Shown here piece after piece: positions 57,573 to 64,000 of a stretch of DNA of 64,000 nt. Source of the stretch: Stegostoma tigrinum (Eukaryota); the NCBI RefSeq assembly GCF_030684315.1, contig NW_026728203.1, positions 62,001 through 126,000 of the forward strand, given 5' to 3'. The first letter of the stretch is position 1, and the number at the start of each line of letters is the position of its first letter. Made by a program: the position numbers and the translations under genes. Below the pieces are notes generated by a model that was not told where the DNA came from, did no database searches, and saw only the letters and a program-made list of their open reading frames with translations.

Positions 57573-60094
57573 AGAGAGGGGGAGGGTGTGTTAAGCAGAG
57601 CTGATCAGAGGTGGAGATGAGAGCCAGGTCTGGATGGTTATTCTGTGATTGGACCAGGAGTTCATTCAGCCTCTCAAATCTGCTGCACCACTCAATCAGG
57701 TCATTCTCGTAAATACCCTTTGAACTCTGTGCAGGGCTTTAATGTCCTTCCTTAAATACCACGCCCAGAACTGAACACACCACTGCAAATGTGGTCGAAC
57801 CAATGATTTGTAGAGGTGTAACATCTATTCCTCACTTTTATTCTGTCTGCGTCTGTTTGAAAACACACATTTCACAAAAGCCTTCTTCATAGCAGCTTAG
57901 TCCCGCTCGGTCACTTTCCAATAATCATACACTTGAACCCAAAGTCCCTCTGCTCCTGTACTCACCTCAGATTTGTAACCTCAAGCCTGTTATGTCTTTC
58001 CATGTTTCTTCAACCAAAATGCATTCATCTTTTATGTTGAAATTTGAAAGCGATTGGCAACATCAAATCTTACTGAATAAAAAAATCTAACTGCTCATTC
58101 ACATATTATCCTTTCCAAAACAAAGCTGTTTTTGGCTTCATGATGGATGATTTACAGCTAATACTCGGAATGTAATCATATTCCCCACTCGCAATCCTAG
58201 ATGAGGATTGGAAAGAAGCAGGATCTCTCTAACTATCCTCTCAAATTCACTTGGAAACTTCAAGCACAGGCATCCTTTACACTTCTACACAGGGTGGCGG
58301 GGGCGCTTGGGCAAACATTATCATTGTAATCAATTAATCAGCTCTCTGCCCAGGTTCATTCTCAAAGTTTTGTGCATAACCAGCTTTGGGTCAAAACTGC
58401 TAGACCTGTGCAGTCCTGATGTAATTGAACTTGACAATTTCACCAAAGAACTTCTGTCCAGAGGTATGTGAACCACTCTGAGGTCAGGCTTAACATTAGA
58501 TTAGAGAACATGGTGGCTTGCCTTCTTGAATTGCTGTTGCCCATGTGGCGCAGGCAGATCCACAATGTTGCCTTTGAGGGAATTCCAGGATTCTGATCTA
58601 CCAATGCTGGAGGAATGGGGTTATGTTTCCAACTCAGCACAGCAAGTAGCTTGGTGTAGAAATTACAGAGCGTGATGTTCCCATGTATCAGATATCCTTC
58701 TCCCATGGCAAGTAATAGGGGCTTTAGAATGCTTTGGTGGATTTGTATAGGAATTGGGAGGTGATACCCATTGCAGTCCCCACAGTGTTGGAAAGAGGCA
58801 ATCCAGTGGCTGCTTGGAGATGGAAGCCAATCAAGTTTCTGGAGTGTTGGACTGTTCTCCTGACAACACTCTGGAATTAACTTAATGCTAATCATTAGCT
58901 TAAGTGTCAAAAACCCATCCTTAACTGGTCTGGCCTGCATATGACCCTACAACTACAGTAATTGTTTGACTCTGGCCTGGCCTTGGGACAATTAGACATG
59001 GAGAATAAACACTATCCTTTTAATAAAAGGAGACCATCACAAATTAGGCAGCCATAGTGCAGCACATGTGCAGTCAGCTGCAGGAGCGCTGATTTCATTG
59101 TAAATAACAAAAATCTCAACTGCTGTTTTCTGCCAGTGGTAGTTTGGTTCCAGCTTTATTTTCACCATGTGCCCTTGGCATTTGTTATCTCTGCACTGCA
59201 GAGCAATGCTAGAAGTTCTACCACATGGGCTCCAAGGTGGGCACTGCTGCATTTCCAAATACAGGTCATTCTAAATGAAGAGAGAGACACTGATACAAGG
59301 GAAAGCTGATTTTGCCATTCTCCGAGATGCAGCCACTGGACAAAGTCCTTCCACCACTGATAAGGCAGAAAGGGGAAAAGGAGAGAGAAACCGATTCCCT
59401 ACTTGTGGGAGCAATTGCTTATCAAAAAAAACTGAAAAAAGCAGTGCATCTTTGATGCTAAATGTTTTACTTGGTATTCCTGTTTGAAAGAGTGAATGTA
59501 CGCACAAATATTAAATTCCAAGTGAAAGAACAAATTGCTGGAAAAACCTCACAGGTCTGGCAACACTTGTCAAAAGATGATGTGTCTCAGGTCCTGGGAC
59601 CGAGAACAGTTTCCCCTGCACAGATGCTGCCATACCAGAGATTTCCGGTAGCTGCTTATCTCAACGAGACCTAAACATAGCACAGGGAAGGGCTCCAGCT
59701 CAGAAAAACATTTAGACAGGGGGCTGCTCAATCAGGGTATTGACAAGAAGCTGGTCCTGAAAAATTGATTGTCAGTACAACACTGCTTACAAGCCAAACC
59801 CAAAAACACCACAGGCTCAACACTGAATTTCCACTACAAGGATTGCCCACTTAATTCCTATAGACAAGAGAAAAAAAGAGAGCAAACTACTGGGGCAGGC
59901 ATTGAATCAAAGGTTAATCAGAAATAACAGGAGGATTTAATGATCAGGTGTCAAACAGCAATACCAAGAGCCAGAAGCAGCTGTGAAATTATGCAAAGTA
60001 CTCAGCTCCATGGTGAACACTACTTTAATTTGCGCAGAGCACAACCAAATTATTTGGATTATGTCACCATAAACAAAGATATTATTGACCCCAC

Positions 60095-62383
<2,289 letters not shown>

Positions 62384-62419
62384 CTTCACTATTCCTGCTC
62401 ACAAGCACCAAGAAAACTC

Positions 62420-62566
62420 TAGAACTAAGTCTCTCTCTCCCACAGGCTCTTGTATTTATAGTCCTGGGACCATCCTGCAGTCACACAGAGAGAGGCAGAA
62501 CTGATGATGACTGACAGTTGCTGCTGGCCAATCAGGAACCACCCATGCATACAGGCACCAATGAGA
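62420..62566 (-). promoter_or_regulatory. Core promoter of copy 10 (TATAAATA 62453-62460, CCAAT motifs)
   Basis: Same block as copy 2. Confidence 0.7.
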
Positions 62567-64000
62567 GAGAGGGGGAGGGTGTGTTAAGCAGAGCTGATCA
62601 GAGGTGGAGATGAGAGCCAGGTCTGGATGGTTATTCTGTGATTGGAACAGCAGGAGGCCATTCGGCATCTCAAACCTTCTGCACCACTCAATCAGGTCAT
62701 GGGTCATTTGGTTCTTTTCTAAAAGAAGTCAATTTGGTTTCAAAAAAGTTACACATTTTTTAAAAATTAAGGTGGTTGTGAGCAACTGCACGAGGGATTC
62801 AATGAGGAAGAGGGGCATCAGTTTCTCAGCTTGTTGTGCTGGGATTTGGGAAAGAAGGGTGGGAAATTGTCTCTGGGTCATAGAAAAATTATAACAGTGT
62901 CTGTGGAAAAGACAGGAAGGATGTTCCTGATTATGGGGGAGGCCAGGACCAGGGTTTGCAATCTAAGGATACGTTTAGGACTGAGGGGAGGAGAAATCTC
63001 TTCACCTCGGGGGGCGGGGTGGTGGAACCTGTGGAATTCTCTGCCACAGAAAAGGATTGAAGCCAAAACAGGAATTGGGGAGAGCTTTGAGGGCTGGATC
63101 AAAAGGGATTGCAGAGAGGGTGAGAATATGGTGCTGAGTTCTGGAATCAGCCACAATCACATGGAATGGCAGAGCAGGCTGGAAGGGATGAATGGCCGAC
63201 TCAACATTTCTTTTCTATGATCCTATGTTTCTGCAACCAGCGCAGCTAGGGTCTTGTGGTTTAGGGGTAATGTCCCGAGCTGTGGACCAGGAGGCCTTGG
63301 TACAAGTTCCTACCAGATCCAGAGCTCTTAAATCATCTCTACAGGCAGATTTAGAAAACAACCAGAACAGGTACAGGCACAAAGAACCGAATGGCCTCCT
63401 GCTGTGCCATAACAATTCTCCGATTCTGTGGCGGGTCTGTACCTGAGCAGAATCTCCCTGCCTCCAGCTCCTGCCTGTGGATTGTCACCTCGCAGTGATG
63501 GAGAGCCTCGAGTGTTCTGTTGGTTCTGAGAGTGATACCTGAAGAGGATTTCACCTCCTGGCAGGGCCACCCTGGACGGTACGATCGAGGGGAGGCTCCT
63601 GATAAGGTGCAATGCAAAACCAGTCCCCAGCGGCCATCCAGGTGGAAGATAGGTGTGTGCGATCGTTGGCTGTGACAGTGGGTGTTGGCCAGCAGTGGGG
63701 GGATCCCCAGTCAACATTTCTTTGCCAGTGGAACTGGGTCTACCTTGTGTAAAGGACCATGTCTCTGCTGATGTGTAACAGCTTTCCCACATTAAAGGTT
63801 CCTTATACAGGTGGAATTCAAACCCCGTCCCCAAACTCTCAGAATTTCCTGGGTGGAAATTCAGAGCGTTCTTCACAACAGGAGGCCGTTCAGCCCACCG
63901 TTCCTGTATTAGCTTCTGAAAGAGCTACCTGATTAGTCCCACTTTCCAGCCCTATCTCTGTCCCTCTCTAAATTCGTCACTTCCAAGGACATATCCAACT

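Overview
Eukaryotic (vertebrate) genomic DNA; the repeat content (CR1 LINE tails, SacSINE1/HE1-like SINE pieces, Penelope-like terminal repeats) suggests a shark or other elasmobranch, which is an inference. The window is a head-to-tail tandem array of ten minus-strand, 4-exon ferritin genes (M/heavy-chain-B-like, 173 aa, H-type ferroxidase ligands) spaced about 5-8 kb apart. Five copies have intact ORFs and splice sites (8757-11032, 20560-22955, 27378-29768, 39611-42299, 60095-62383). Five are broken: two by nonsense plus frameshift, two by deletion of exon 1 and the promoter, and one by a dead splice donor plus a hairpin element at the transcription start. All copies with exon 1 have a very short predicted 5'UTR with no recognisable iron-responsive element. 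The copies are mosaics of shared intron and flank haplotypes. Spacers are decayed CR1/SINE/Penelope sequence with two younger CR1 insertions that mark the duplication history. There is one 352-N assembly gap. All coordinates were read by hand; boundaries of old repeats are approximate.
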